Assembly: GCA_902513495.1 (NCBI GenBank) | Contig: CABXNH010000001.1 | Span: 5,858-69,857 of the forward strand | Direction: 5' to 3' | DNA length: 64,000 nucleotides | Source: an uncultured Gammaproteobacteria bacterium | GTDB lineage: Bacteria; Pseudomonadota; Gammaproteobacteria; PS1; Pseudothioglobaceae | Shown: positions 54,080 to 64,000 of the stretch, piece after piece | Layout of the letters: every line of letters starts with the position of its first letter | How positions within the stretch are numbered: the stretch's first letter is position 1 | Translations under genes and position numbers: made by a program | Notes under the pieces: model-generated | The model's database searches: none | Told to the model about the DNA's origin: nothing | What the model saw: only the letters and a program-made list of their open reading frames with translations

Positions 54080-55234
54080 TTAGTAGTCTAGCCGCCTCAT
54101 CATAATCAATAGAGCAACACCATTCAGACCCCATACAAGGCTTAATAGATACATATTAAAAGTTAAGCCTAAGTATTCAGCTAAATAACCAACTAATGCT
54201 GGCCCAAAAATAAAACCTGCAAAGCCTAAAGTTACAAGGTTTGCTACAGTTAAAGCTATTGGCTCATCAGTAATACGAATAGCCTGCCTATATATAACTG
54301 CTATAAAGTTTGCAGTTCCAAAACCAAAAAGCAGTATTCCAAAAATAATGATATAAAAATTCGATGTTAGTATTGAGATAAATAAAATTATTCCTGCAAT
54401 AATACTTAAGTAACCACCGACTAATTTTTCATTTGTCTTTTCAATCATTTTTGAAGCGATTAGTCTAGCAGAGATCTCGCCAACATTAAAAGCAACAATA
54501 ACTGCACCACCTAGATACAATGGAACTAATAAATCTTTTGTTAACCATAGTGCTGACCAATCGAGGATTATTCCCATCGTTGCATAATTAATCATCATTA
54601 AAAGACCAAAAATTAGTATTGTTTTTTTTGGTAATTTAAATTTAGGAGTTTTTTCAAGAGCTTCAAATGACTTTGAGAGTCCAAATATATATATTGTTAA
54701 TGAACCCAAAATTAACATCGCACCTGTAATTAGAAATATTAAAGGGGGATTATCTATATATTTAATGGTAAAAAATGCAGAAAAAGCCCCAACCAAAGAG
54801 CCAACACTAAATGCAGCATGATAAAGAGGAGTAAGTATTACAGCGGTTTTGCTTTCAATCATTGATATCTGCGCTTGAGCAGAAGGAGCAAATAATCCAA
54901 CAAAAAAACCAAAAGGTATATAAACCAATAAAAACCAGAGATAGTTTGGTGATAATATTAGAAATAAAGGGCAATAAGCCATACCAAGCAGACCTAAAGC
55001 GATTGAGTTTTTTGTGCCTATCCTTGGAACAATTAATCGCCCTGAGGTTTGATTTCCAATTAGATTTGAAATACCAAAAACCAATAACCCAATACCAATT
55101 TCTGCTTCAGTTATTTGAAGCCTTTCCGCATTCCATGGAATATAGACAAAATATATTCCAATCTGAAAAAGCACAAGAAAGGCACCAAGGAAAACAGTAT
55201 ATATACCTTTATTAAAAAACTTACTTTCAGTCAT
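54080..55234 (-). CDS. MFS transporter
   Basis: About 12 hydrophobic segments. HAAFSVG, DWSALWL, GPALVG. Confidence 0.85.
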   Translation of the reverse strand: MTESKFFNKGIYTVFLGAFLVLFQIGIYFVYIPWNAERLQITEAEIGIGLLVFGISNLIGNQTSGRLIVPRIGTKNSIALGLLGMAYCPLFLILSPNYLWFLLVYIPFGFFVGLFAPSAQAQISMIESKTAVILTPLYHAAFSVGSLVGAFSAFFTIKYIDNPPLIFLITGAMLILGSLTIYIFGLSKSFEALEKTPKFKLPKKTILIFGLLMMINYATMGIILDWSALWLTKDLLVPLYLGGAVIVAFNVGEISARLIASKMIEKTNEKLVGGYLSIIAGIILFISILTSNFYIIIFGILLFGFGTANFIAVIYRQAIRITDEPIALTVANLVTLGFAGFIFGPALVGYLAEYLGLTFNMYLLSLVWGLNGVALLIMMRRLDY

Positions 55235-55264
55235 AGTGTTAGATACTAAATTCCTACAAAAAAC

Positions 55265-55606
55265 CTATTTAATCTTGAGAGCAGACTGGTCAATTAAAAG
55301 ACCTTCCCACCCCGTATTCATAAAGTTACGAATATTTAAATGAGTAGAGTGGCTTTCTGGCGAATCTAAAACTGACTGGTAATGCTCACCAAAGCATTTT
55401 ATCGTTTCAGCTTTAGAAAGAGAGTGCATTAATCCAAAACAAAAAACTTTTGCTGATCCTTGATTTTCTTCTTTTGAATTAACTAACCCATTATTTTCAA
55501 ATGCAATACTTGAAAAACTATATTCCCTCGTTATCAAATCAATAAAGTCAGAAAACTTCATCTGAGCCCCAGATCTTAGCTTTTCTAGATATTGCTGGGT
55601 ATTCAT
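55265..55606 (-). CDS. HopJ-like protein
   Basis: ENQGSAKVF, FGEHYQSVL..P...H.NIRNFM..GW.G. Confidence 0.85.
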   Translation of the reverse strand: MNTQQYLEKLRSGAQMKFSDFIDLITREYSFSSIAFENNGLVNSKEENQGSAKVFCFGLMHSLSKAETIKCFGEHYQSVLDSPESHSTHLNIRNFMNTGWEGLLIDQSALKIK

Positions 55607-55612
55607 TACATT

Positions 55613-58264
55613 TTAGGTGTGCATTGGGTTTGACTTATCAACATCAATATCTAATCTTTTTATTGCACTCTTTATCGTCTTAGTTTCTAGTAAACCATCA
55701 TCTACAAGCGCTTTAAGTGTAACGAAAACAATGTAATTAGCATTGACCTCAAAGAAATATCTAAGCTCTTTTCTTGAATCCGATCTTCCAAATCCATCTG
55801 TTCCTAAAACCTCATAATGTGAAGGAATATATTTACGAATCTGCTCTGCATAGTTTCGCATGTAATCTGTAGCAGCAATCACTGGACCTTTAGACTGATT
55901 AAAACACTCAGTGATGTAAGGAATTTTTTTCGTCTTATTGATGTTATGGAGATTATCTCGATCTATACGTTGCGCTTCTCTTGTGACCTCGTTAAAGCTC
56001 GTAACACTCCAAACATGAGACATAACCCCCCAGTCTTTTTCAAGCATATCAGCTGCTTTTTCAACTTCTCTAAGAATTGCACCACTTCCTAATAACTGAA
56101 CCTCGACTTTAGACTTACCTACAGTTTTTAAAGGGTAAATTCCTTTAATAATTCCCTCTTCAACGCCTTTAGGCATTTCAGGATGTGCATAGTTCTCATT
56201 CATCAAGGTGATGTAATAGAAAATATTTTCCATCTTTTTATACATACGGTGCATTCCATCCCTGAGAATAACTGCAAGTTCGTATGCGTATGTTGGGTCG
56301 TATGAAACACAGTTAGGTATTGTATTGGCAACTATCAAAGAATCTCCGTCTTGATGCTGAAGGCCTTCACCGGCCAATGTTGTTCTGCCAGCTGTTCCGC
56401 CCATCAAAAAACCCTTTGATTGCATATCTCCAGCAGCCCAAGCAAGATCGCCTACCCTTTGAAAGCCAAACTTTGAGTAATATATATAGAATGGAATCAT
56501 TGTTACATTGTGAGACGCATAAGCTGTTCCAGCAGCAATCCAATCTGAAATTGCTCCAGCTTCATTTATTCCTTCTTGCAACACTTGCCCTTTAATATCT
56601 TCCTTGTACCACATCACTTTATCTGAGTCTTCAGGCTCATAAAGTTGGCCAGATGACGAGTAAATTCCCATTTGCCTAAATAATCCTTCCATACCGAAAG
56701 TTCTAGCCTCATCGGGAACAATAGGTACAACTCTTGGACCAATCTCTTTATCTCTAATCAGTAGAGACAAAAAACGAACAAAAGCCATAGTACTAGACAT
56801 CTCTTTATCTTTTGTAGATTTTAGAAGGGAATCAAATGTCATCAAATCAGGGATATCGAAAGACTCAAGCTCAAAGCTTCTAGTTGGCAAATAGCCACCC
56901 AAAGCTTCTCGTCTCGCCCTTAAGTAAGTTAACTCTTCACTATCCTCAGCAGGCTTATAAAAATTTAGTTCTTCAGCATCTTTCTGAGTGACAGGTATAT
57001 CAAATCGTTCAGCAACACGGACAAGCGCATTGACACCTAATTTCTTTTGACTATGAGTTGTATTTTTTCCTTCGCCAGCTTCACCCATACCATAGCCTTT
57101 TACAGTCTTTGCCAAAATTACAGTAGGCTGACCTTTGTGCTCTTTTGCAGCTTTATAGGCTTGGTAAACTTTGTTTGGATCATGACCGCCTCGGGTTAAG
57201 GCAAATATTTCATCGTCTGACATGTGCTCAACAAGTTGAAGGGTTTCTGGATACTTTCCAAAAAAATGTTTACGTACATAGGCACCATCTTTTGCCTTAT
57301 AGGCTTGATATTCTCCATCAACGACCTCTTCCATTCTTTGTTTGAGGAGTCCAGAAGTGTCATTTGCAAGGAGTTTATCCCATCCCCTTCCCCAGATAAC
57401 TTTGATAACATTCCAGCCAGCGCCTCGAAACATCCCTTCAAGTTCTTGAATAATCTTACCGTTTCCTCTTACTGGGCCATCTAGTCTTTGTAGGTTACAG
57501 TTAATAACAAATATGAGGTTATCAAGCTTCTCTCTTCCAGCTAAAGAAATTGCACCAAGTGACTCCGGTTCATCCGTCTCACCATCACCCAGGTAAGCCC
57601 ATACAGTTCTTTTGTCAGTTTTAATAATATCTCGGTGCTGCAGATACTTCATAAATCGAGCTTGATATATCGCCATAATTGGTCCTAAACCCATTGAAAC
57701 AGTTGGAAACTCCCAAAAATCTGGCATTAACCAAGGGTGAGGGTATGAAGACAACCCTTCCTGATTGGCTTCTTGTCTAAAGTTCAGCATTTTTTCTTCT
57801 GAAATTCTGCCCTCTAAGAAGGCCCTAGAATAAATACCAGGTGCAATATGACCCTGGAAGAAAATTAGGTCAGCGCCCTGATCTAAATCATTACCACGAT
57901 AAAAGTGATTAAAGCCAACCTCATAAAGTGTTGCACTAGAGGCAAAAGAAGCGATATGTCCCCCAAGCTCTGATGAAACCTGGTTTGCTTTAACAACCAT
58001 TATCATTGCGTTCCAGCGAATTATAGACTTGATTCTATGCTCAATCTCATGCTTAACAACTAATTCACTTTCTTTTTCGACTGGAATTGAATTCAAGTAT
58101 GCTGTATTGACTCCATCTGGAAGATCCATTCCATCTTCATGAGCCATATCTATTAGTTTTTGAAGAATATATTTTGCCCTGTCTTGTCCTTCAAATCGAG
58201 CAACAGATCTAAAAGCTTCTAACCATTCAATGGTTTCTTGCGGATCAATATCCTTTTCAGACAT
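55613..58264 (-). CDS. aceE: Pyruvate dehydrogenase E1, homodimeric type
   Basis: DIDPQETIEW, GGHIAS, PTVSMGLGP, GDGETDEPES, GTDGFGRSD. Confidence 0.97.
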   Translation of the reverse strand: MSEKDIDPQETIEWLEAFRSVARFEGQDRAKYILQKLIDMAHEDGMDLPDGVNTAYLNSIPVEKESELVVKHEIEHRIKSIIRWNAMIMVVKANQVSSELGGHIASFASSATLYEVGFNHFYRGNDLDQGADLIFFQGHIAPGIYSRAFLEGRISEEKMLNFRQEANQEGLSSYPHPWLMPDFWEFPTVSMGLGPIMAIYQARFMKYLQHRDIIKTDKRTVWAYLGDGETDEPESLGAISLAGREKLDNLIFVINCNLQRLDGPVRGNGKIIQELEGMFRGAGWNVIKVIWGRGWDKLLANDTSGLLKQRMEEVVDGEYQAYKAKDGAYVRKHFFGKYPETLQLVEHMSDDEIFALTRGGHDPNKVYQAYKAAKEHKGQPTVILAKTVKGYGMGEAGEGKNTTHSQKKLGVNALVRVAERFDIPVTQKDAEELNFYKPAEDSEELTYLRARREALGGYLPTRSFELESFDIPDLMTFDSLLKSTKDKEMSSTMAFVRFLSLLIRDKEIGPRVVPIVPDEARTFGMEGLFRQMGIYSSSGQLYEPEDSDKVMWYKEDIKGQVLQEGINEAGAISDWIAAGTAYASHNVTMIPFYIYYSKFGFQRVGDLAWAAGDMQSKGFLMGGTAGRTTLAGEGLQHQDGDSLIVANTIPNCVSYDPTYAYELAVILRDGMHRMYKKMENIFYYITLMNENYAHPEMPKGVEEGIIKGIYPLKTVGKSKVEVQLLGSGAILREVEKAADMLEKDWGVMSHVWSVTSFNEVTREAQRIDRDNLHNINKTKKIPYITECFNQSKGPVIAATDYMRNYAEQIRKYIPSHYEVLGTDGFGRSDSRKELRYFFEVNANYIVFVTLKALVDDGLLETKTIKSAIKRLDIDVDKSNPMHT

Positions 58265-58412
58265 ATATTCTCTTTTTTTGTGAAATTTAGGTCTTTTATT
58301 ATCCCTTAAAAAAACAATTAAACATAACAGGTAATGTTAAATTTTTTAACTTTAAGAAGAGATATTAAATGTTTGATAAAATACGATCTTCTTCTATTTA
58401 TTAACATCTTTC

Positions 58413-59786
58413 ATGAATATTCCTAGTTCAATTTTTAAAGCATACGATATCAGAGGTATTGTGGAAACTGAATTGACGCCTGAAATTGTTAAACTTATAG
58501 GAAGAGCTGTCGGTAGTGAATCAATTGAGAAAGGTGAAAGAGGTGTCGTGGTTGGAAGAGATGGAAGATTAACAGGTCCAGAACTCTCTGAAGCGCTTAT
58601 TTCTGGACTTATTGAAAGCGGTTGTCATGTTGTTAATATTGGCATGGTTCCATCCCCAGTTGTCTACTTTGCAACCCATACAAAAGCAGCCTCATCAGGG
58701 GTAATGATTACGGGCTCTCATAACCCAGCTGAATACAATGGTCTCAAGATTATGATTGCTGGAGAAACTCTTTCAGCAGAAAAAATACAATCACTTTATA
58801 CGAGAATTTTAGATAATAATTTTAAAAATGGGTATGGAACATCAACCTCAATCAATATTGATCAAGACTATATAAATACAATTCAGTCAGATATAAAGCT
58901 TGAAAAAGAACTTAACGTTGTAATTGACTGTGGGAATGGTGTTGCTGGAAATATAGCGCCTCAACTATTTGAAGCTTTAGGTGTAAAAATTTCAAAGCTT
59001 TTTTGCTTGGTTGACGGTAGGTTCCCAAACCATCACCCTGACCCTTCAAAACCCGAAAACTTAGAGGATCTAATTCAAGAAGTAATCGAAACCGGAGCCG
59101 ATCTTGGCCTTGCCTTTGATGGTGATGGCGATAGGCTTGGACTAATAGACAACAAAGGAAAGGTCATTTGGGCTGATCAACAAATGATGCTCTATGCGAA
59201 AGATGTTCTCTCTCGTAATCAAGGAGCAAAAATTATCTTTGATGTCAAATGCACTTCACTGTTACCAAAAGTTATTTCTGAAAATGGTGGAGAGCCTATC
59301 ATGTCTAGAACTGGGCACAGCTTTATTAAGAAAAAATTAAAGGAAACAAATGCTGAGCTTGCTGGAGAGATGTCTGGTCACATCTTCTTTAAAGAGCGTT
59401 GGTATGGCTTTGATGATGCACTATACACTGCAGCAAGGCTTTTAGAAATTGTTTCTAAGAGTGATAAGTCTTGCTCCGAACTATTTGATGAACTGCCTGT
59501 AAATTTAAGTACTCCAGAAATTAACATCAACTTTGAAAAACATGGTCAACAGTATGAAGCAATGGACTCTTTATCAAGCAATTTAGACTTCCCTGGCGCA
59601 AATATTAACACCCTAGATGGTGTTAGAGTAGACTATGACGACTGCTGGGGGCTTGTCAGGCCTTCCAATACCACGCCGTGTTTGGTTTTACGCTTTGAGG
59701 CTGAAGACAATGCTGCATTAAAAGGAGTACAAGAAAAGTTTAAAAAATGGCTCAAATCTAGCGGTGTTCCGTCGGACAATTTATAG
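58413..59786 (+). CDS. algC: Phosphomannomutase/phosphoglucomutase (AlgC-like)
   Basis: FKAYDIRG, TGSHNP, FDGDGDR, GEMSGH, RPSNT. Confidence 0.92.
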   Translation: MNIPSSIFKAYDIRGIVETELTPEIVKLIGRAVGSESIEKGERGVVVGRDGRLTGPELSEALISGLIESGCHVVNIGMVPSPVVYFATHTKAASSGVMITGSHNPAEYNGLKIMIAGETLSAEKIQSLYTRILDNNFKNGYGTSTSINIDQDYINTIQSDIKLEKELNVVIDCGNGVAGNIAPQLFEALGVKISKLFCLVDGRFPNHHPDPSKPENLEDLIQEVIETGADLGLAFDGDGDRLGLIDNKGKVIWADQQMMLYAKDVLSRNQGAKIIFDVKCTSLLPKVISENGGEPIMSRTGHSFIKKKLKETNAELAGEMSGHIFFKERWYGFDDALYTAARLLEIVSKSDKSCSELFDELPVNLSTPEININFEKHGQQYEAMDSLSSNLDFPGANINTLDGVRVDYDDCWGLVRPSNTTPCLVLRFEAEDNAALKGVQEKFKKWLKSSGVPSDNL

Positions 59787-59877
59787 TTGGAAATTCAAAA
59801 AAAATAGGTATAAAATACGAGTTTTTTATCCTTGAACAAAAGTTACGCGTTCAATTCAATTTTTCTGGAGTTTGTCA

Positions 59878-60993
59878 ATGGAAGGACATGTCAACTTTAC
59901 GCTTTCAGATCGTCTAAGAAAGTCGCCTTATTATGAGTCTACTCTAAAAGCTGGGGCTAAAACCTTTACAATTTATAATCACATGATTATGCCTACCTCT
60001 TATGAGGGTGCAGAAGCTGATTACTGGAATTTGATGAATAACGTCACTATGTGGGATGTTGCGGCTGAACGTCAAGTAGAAATTACCGGAAGTGATGCTT
60101 ACAGATTTGTTGAATATATTACTTCGAGAGATCTCTCGAAACTTAAAATTGGTCAAGGAAAATATGCTCTCATTACAGATGAGAATGGAGGAATCATTAA
60201 TGACCCCATCATCCTTAGATTAGGCGAAAGTCATTTTTGGCTATCCATTGCTGACAGTGATGTACTTCTTTGGACTCGCGGTCTTGCCTGTGGGCTCGGT
60301 TGGGACGTTGACATCTGTGAGCCAGATGTTTCCCCTCTGGCAATCCAAGGCCCTAATCATTTACCTCTAATGATTGATTTATTTGGTGACTGGGTTAATG
60401 ATATTAAGTACTTCTTTTTCAGAGAGTGTGAACTTGAGGGGATTCCTCTTATTGTACAGAAGTCAGGCTGGAGTAAACAAGGTGGTTTTGAGCTCTATCT
60501 TCGAGATGGTTCAAAAGGAGACAGGCTATGGGACATTGTTGCCACTGCAGGAAAAAAATATGACATAAAACCTGGAACCCCTAACAATATTGAGAGAGTT
60601 GAGTCGGGTCTATTTTCATGGGGAAATGACATGGATATCAACAGTAACCCGTTAGAGCTTCCTTTGGGCAATTTCTGTCAACTGGACAAAGAGGCTGAAT
60701 ACTTGAGTAGAGAGGCTCTTCACAAGATTCGCTCTGAAGGAGCAACCAAAAAGCTTGTCGGACTAATTGTTGATGGTGACCCATTTATTGGTGGATGCGC
60801 AAGCCCATGGAAGGTAATGAGTGGTAATCAAATTTGTGGCAAAGTTTCAAGTGCTGCCTATTCACCGCGATTAAAAATTAATATGGCAATGGCGACAATA
60901 GATAGTGGTCATAATGCAATTGACTCAGAGGTCACTGTTGAAACGCCATGGGGTTTAAGATCTGCAAAAGTGACTTCGATTCCCTTTAATTAA
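59878..60993 (+). CDS. GcvT-family aminomethyltransferase, DmdA (DMSP demethylase)-like
   Basis: [50 protein letters not shown] favours ATG 59878. Confidence 0.8.
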   Translation: MEGHVNFTLSDRLRKSPYYESTLKAGAKTFTIYNHMIMPTSYEGAEADYWNLMNNVTMWDVAAERQVEITGSDAYRFVEYITSRDLSKLKIGQGKYALITDENGGIINDPIILRLGESHFWLSIADSDVLLWTRGLACGLGWDVDICEPDVSPLAIQGPNHLPLMIDLFGDWVNDIKYFFFRECELEGIPLIVQKSGWSKQGGFELYLRDGSKGDRLWDIVATAGKKYDIKPGTPNNIERVESGLFSWGNDMDINSNPLELPLGNFCQLDKEAEYLSREALHKIRSEGATKKLVGLIVDGDPFIGGCASPWKVMSGNQICGKVSSAAYSPRLKINMAMATIDSGHNAIDSEVTVETPWGLRSAKVTSIPFN

Positions 60994-61087
60994 TCATTGG
61001 TAAAAGTTTGTCGATTGATGTTTTAGCATTCCCATAAAACATTCTTGTATTCTCCTTAAAAAATAACGGATTTTCAATCCCCGACAT
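60986..61087 (-). pseudogene. pntB: C-terminal remnant of NAD(P) transhydrogenase beta subunit
   Basis: My translation is [33 protein letters not shown], matching the PntB C-terminal G(I/V)xNPLFxKxNTxMxxGDAK motif. The rest of the gene is absent. Confidence 0.8.
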
Positions 61088-61229
61088 CGTAGATAGATAT
61101 ATACACCCTCACTTACACATCAAACGAAATTTGTACTTTATGTTAAGCGCCTAGCTCTTATCAATCGAACTGTTTTTAGTCCAATCAAAAGTACCTCGTC
61201 TGACGTTTTAGAATAAATAGCTTATTGAA

Positions 61230-61766
61230 TTATTTATCATGGCTTTTTTCCTTTAAAAATGGCACCATCGAAGACCAAACCCCATCACTTTTAAAGCGGC
61301 GAAAGATTGCAGCCAAAATGTGCAAACCAATAAGCCAATAGATAACAGAAACTGAAAACTCATGAGCTGCAACCACTGCATTAATGAAAAATCCATCCTT
61401 AAAGCCAAGCCAAAATAGCAAACCAATTAATAAGCCAGTTAAAGGAATTAACGCAAGACAAGCATACATTCCGTAATGAACAACTCTAGCAGCTAAAAGT
61501 TGTGACCTTGGAGTAGAATCAGGAAGTGATGATTTTTGTGTTGTTTTCATGTAAATAAATCGAATCAAAAGCAATAACACAAAAACTGTTGCAAAAATTA
61601 CTTCAAATTGAAGAAGAGCATTGTCTTTTAATTGATTAAGTTCATCTATCTGCTTCAGCAAACCATAGATAAACAAAAGCACAAAACCCCAGTGCATGAA
61701 CTTAGCTATAGAGCTAAAATTTGATTTGCTATCTAGATTTGTATTATTCATAGTCAATGGCCACAC
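61230..61766 (-). CDS. Cytochrome b561 family protein
   Basis: AKFMHW, VHYGMY, AHE, GLHILAA..R heme-ligand histidines in four TM helices. The start may be ATG 61751. Confidence 0.85.
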   Translation of the reverse strand: MWPLTMNNTNLDSKSNFSSIAKFMHWGFVLLFIYGLLKQIDELNQLKDNALLQFEVIFATVFVLLLLIRFIYMKTTQKSSLPDSTPRSQLLAARVVHYGMYACLALIPLTGLLIGLLFWLGFKDGFFINAVVAAHEFSVSVIYWLIGLHILAAIFRRFKSDGVWSSMVPFLKEKSHDK

Positions 61767-61932
61767 TCTTATAACTTATTGATTTAACTGAACTTTTAAA
61801 ATACTTAGTACCGAGTTCGTACCTAATAGAGGTATCAAGACCAATCTTGATTCCCAATACTTTTTTTAGTCCTAATTTCAATTTTCTTTTTTCCAGCAAT
61901 CATTAATTCAAACCATTTTCACTTTTTATAAA

Positions 61933-62439
61933 TTAGTCCATTCCACAGTATTTTGTTTTTTCATAAATAAAAGCTGGCGGTAAACTAAGTAATACAAAAT
62001 CAATTTTTGGTTTCTCTTTACAAAGTTTATTAAAATCTTTTCTCGAAAAAAGCGAATATTGGAACTGCAAAAACTTGCCATTCTTTTTCAAGTGCTGCTT
62101 TATTTCCTTAAAAATATTTTGAGAAACTTCTCTTTGCAAGGAGGCAAAAGGCAAGGTTGATATTATATGATCAAATTTTTTATCCTCAAAATACAGAGAA
62201 ATTTTCTCAGCTGAGTCCTCAACATATGTAATTCTTTTATTATCTAGTTTGTATTTCCGACAATTCTTATCTACCTCAAATATAGTGAGTGTACTGTTCG
62301 TAGTAGATCTCCTGATAATTTCTTTGGTGAAAACGCCATTACCAAATCCAAGCTGCAGTATATCTAGATCTTGAGCATAATCGATCTTTGATAGTATTTT
62401 CTTTCTAGAAATGAAACACTGTCGTGCATCAACCTTATT
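61933..62439 (-). pseudogene. PmtA-like (phospholipid N-methyltransferase-type) SAM methyltransferase lacking a start codon
   Basis: The frame is open for 169 codons back to TAG 62440-62442 and reads KILSKIDY..ILQLGFGNGVFTKEI..IFEVD..DSAE..FDHIISTLPF..FLQFQYS..LPPAFIY. No ATG/GTG/TTG occurs before 62154. Confidence 0.7.
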
Positions 62440-62465
62440 CTAAATCTCGATTCATAATTAAACAG

Positions 62466-62885
62466 TTAAAGTGTTCTATACATTTTGATATGATCTATCC
62501 CAGCCTCTTCATATATATCTCCCTCACAAACAAATCCGAGATCAATATAAAAACTATGTGCATGCCATTGTGATGATAACCAAAGCTTTTCAAGTTTGTT
62601 TTGTTGAGCCCATTTGATTAGCTCTCGCATGACAGAATTACCAATACCGAGTCCGCGATACTTTTTTAATACAGCAACCCTTCCAATGTGTCCGTCACTT
62701 AGGATCCTTCCAGTGCCAATTGCTTCATCATCAATATAAGCCAGAACATGCTTGGCCTCATCATCTAAACCATCAATTTCAAGACCCTCTGGTACATTCT
62801 GCTCAACAACAAAAACTTCAAATCTGATTCTGCATATATCCTTTTGATTTTCTTCATAGTTGCAAATTATTAACTGAATATTCAT
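62466..62885 (-). CDS. GNAT acetyltransferase (YjcF/ElaA-like)
   Basis: IRFEVFVVEQNVP, IGRVAV..YRGLGIG, EEAGIDHIKM. Confidence 0.9.
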   Translation of the reverse strand: MNIQLIICNYEENQKDICRIRFEVFVVEQNVPEGLEIDGLDDEAKHVLAYIDDEAIGTGRILSDGHIGRVAVLKKYRGLGIGNSVMRELIKWAQQNKLEKLWLSSQWHAHSFYIDLGFVCEGDIYEEAGIDHIKMYRTL

Positions 62886-63055
62886 ATGATTGATTTTAAC
62901 TATACAGAGACAAGAAATAGATTAATAGCAAGTGCAGAATATACCAAAGCTGCAAGTATAATGTGATTATTTAGACTTTTATTTTGATCTTTATCAGGTC
63001 ATTTTTTTTCTGTTTATTGTTTTGTTAATGAATATATATTTATTGAGAAATTATT

Positions 63056-64000
63056 ATGAAATATAGTGAATTAGGGTTTTGGCTAAAAAAGTCAGCCGAA
63101 TGGGTTGATGGATACTACAAACGACTAAAAAAGAATCCCGTTCGACCCGCTCTTTTGCCTGGGGAATTTAGGGCGTTATTACCCAATTCACCTCCTCAGT
63201 CGGGCGAACCTATAGCTGACATCGTAGCTGACTTTGAAAACATTGTGCCGAATGCGATGACTCATTGGCAACACCCACGTTTTTTTGCCTATTTCCCCGC
63301 CAATGCTGCACCTGCCTCAATATTGGCCGAAAGCTTTGTTAATGCTATAGGAGCGCAAGCTATGCTGTGGCAAACTTCACCAGCCGCAACAGAAATGGAG
63401 CAAGTAATGGTAGATTGGTTACGTCAAGCTTTAGGCCTAAGAGAGGGTTTTACCGGCACCATACACGACACAGCAACTACTGCTACATTTTGCGCTGTAT
63501 TAACCATGCGTGAAAAAGCGTTGAACTTTAAAGGTCTAACTGAGGGTACTTGCGGTACCCCAAGATTGCGTATTTATGCTTCTGCTCAAACCCATAGCTC
63601 GGTCGATAAAAGTGTGCGTTTGTCTGGTATTGGTCAAGATAATCTTATTAAAATTGAACTAGACCAAAACCTGTCTATGGATGCAACAGCATTACGTCGC
63701 CAGATTCAAGCTGACCTGGCACAAGGCTATATTCCTGCTGGAGTGGTCTTGTGTATTGGTGGCACTTCCATCGGCGCCTCAGATAATATCGCCGAGATTA
63801 TTGCCGTAGCTAAAGAATTTAATCTCTACACCCATGTAGATGCTGCTTGGGCAGGATCAGCTATGATTTGCCCTGAATTCCGACAATACTGGAAAGGGGT
63901 AGATGATGCCGACTCTATTGTGTTTAACGCCCACAAATGGCTTGGGGCTCAGTTTGATTGCTCAGTGCAGTTTTTGTCTGACCCAACACCACAAATTAAT
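63056..64000 (+). CDS. Aromatic-L-amino-acid decarboxylase family (group II PLP), partial
   Basis: Not in the ORF track. Open from ATG 63056 to the window edge: MTHWQHPRFFAYFP, TSPAATEME, HSSVDK, HVDAAWAG, NAHKWL (PLP lysine). Confidence 0.92.
   Translation, partial: MKYSELGFWLKKSAEWVDGYYKRLKKNPVRPALLPGEFRALLPNSPPQSGEPIADIVADFENIVPNAMTHWQHPRFFAYFPANAAPASILAESFVNAIGAQAMLWQTSPAATEMEQVMVDWLRQALGLREGFTGTIHDTATTATFCAVLTMREKALNFKGLTEGTCGTPRLRIYASAQTHSSVDKSVRLSGIGQDNLIKIELDQNLSMDATALRRQIQADLAQGYIPAGVVLCIGGTSIGASDNIAEIIAVAKEFNLYTHVDAAWAGSAMICPEFRQYWKGVDDADSIVFNAHKWLGAQFDCSVQFLSDPTPQIN

Noticed and set aside
55265-55606. Type III secretion effector implying pathogenicity
   Set aside because: HopJ-like proteins are widespread in non-pathogens, and there are no secretion genes in the window.
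61011-61168. 9-bp inverted repeat (tcgattgat/atcaatcga) as MITE ends
   Set aside because: It is short, has no evident target-site duplication, and the left arm is explained by pntB coding sequence.
62900-62975. Hydrophobic minus-strand stretch (NNHIILAALVYSALAINLFLVSV*) as a small membrane peptide
   Set aside because: An in-frame TAA lies immediately upstream and there is no convincing start or RBS. It may be a relic but is unsupported.

Overview
AT-rich, gene-dense bacterial chromosome segment. Gene content and compact intergenic spacing suggest a streamlined marine gammaproteobacterium, plausibly the SUP05/Thioglobaceae group (inference, not checked against a database). About 5.0-59.8 kb is mostly housekeeping: trmJ, suhB, rmuC, plsC, rnt, ilvD, rnr, purA, hisZ, hflKC, lptD-surA-rlmB, yceD-rpmF-plsX-fabH, ispA-xseB, pcnB, queF, lptF, rho, trxA, gltX, rodA-dacA-dat, SRP RNA, dnaX-ybaB-recR, valS, guaB, pnp, aceE and pmm/pgm. 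Both ends look accessory. The best candidate for an undescribed system is a tightly coupled minus-strand operon at 959-4950. It encodes two unannotated proteins that each resemble a highly diverged Ku core by eye, an ATP-dependent ligase with a WGR-like C-terminal domain and no LigD polymerase or nuclease domains, and a DUF4116 helical-repeat protein. I read this as a possible heterodimeric-Ku end-joining or break-repair module. Other notable signals: an A9 slippage run at the tau/gamma boundary of dnaX, a perfect 21-bp in-frame duplication in lptD, a long hairpin leader on pnp, an unannotated pntB C-terminal relic, a start-less PmtA-like methyltransferase and a DmdA-like gene. I saw no CRISPR array, tRNA, rRNA or transposase.
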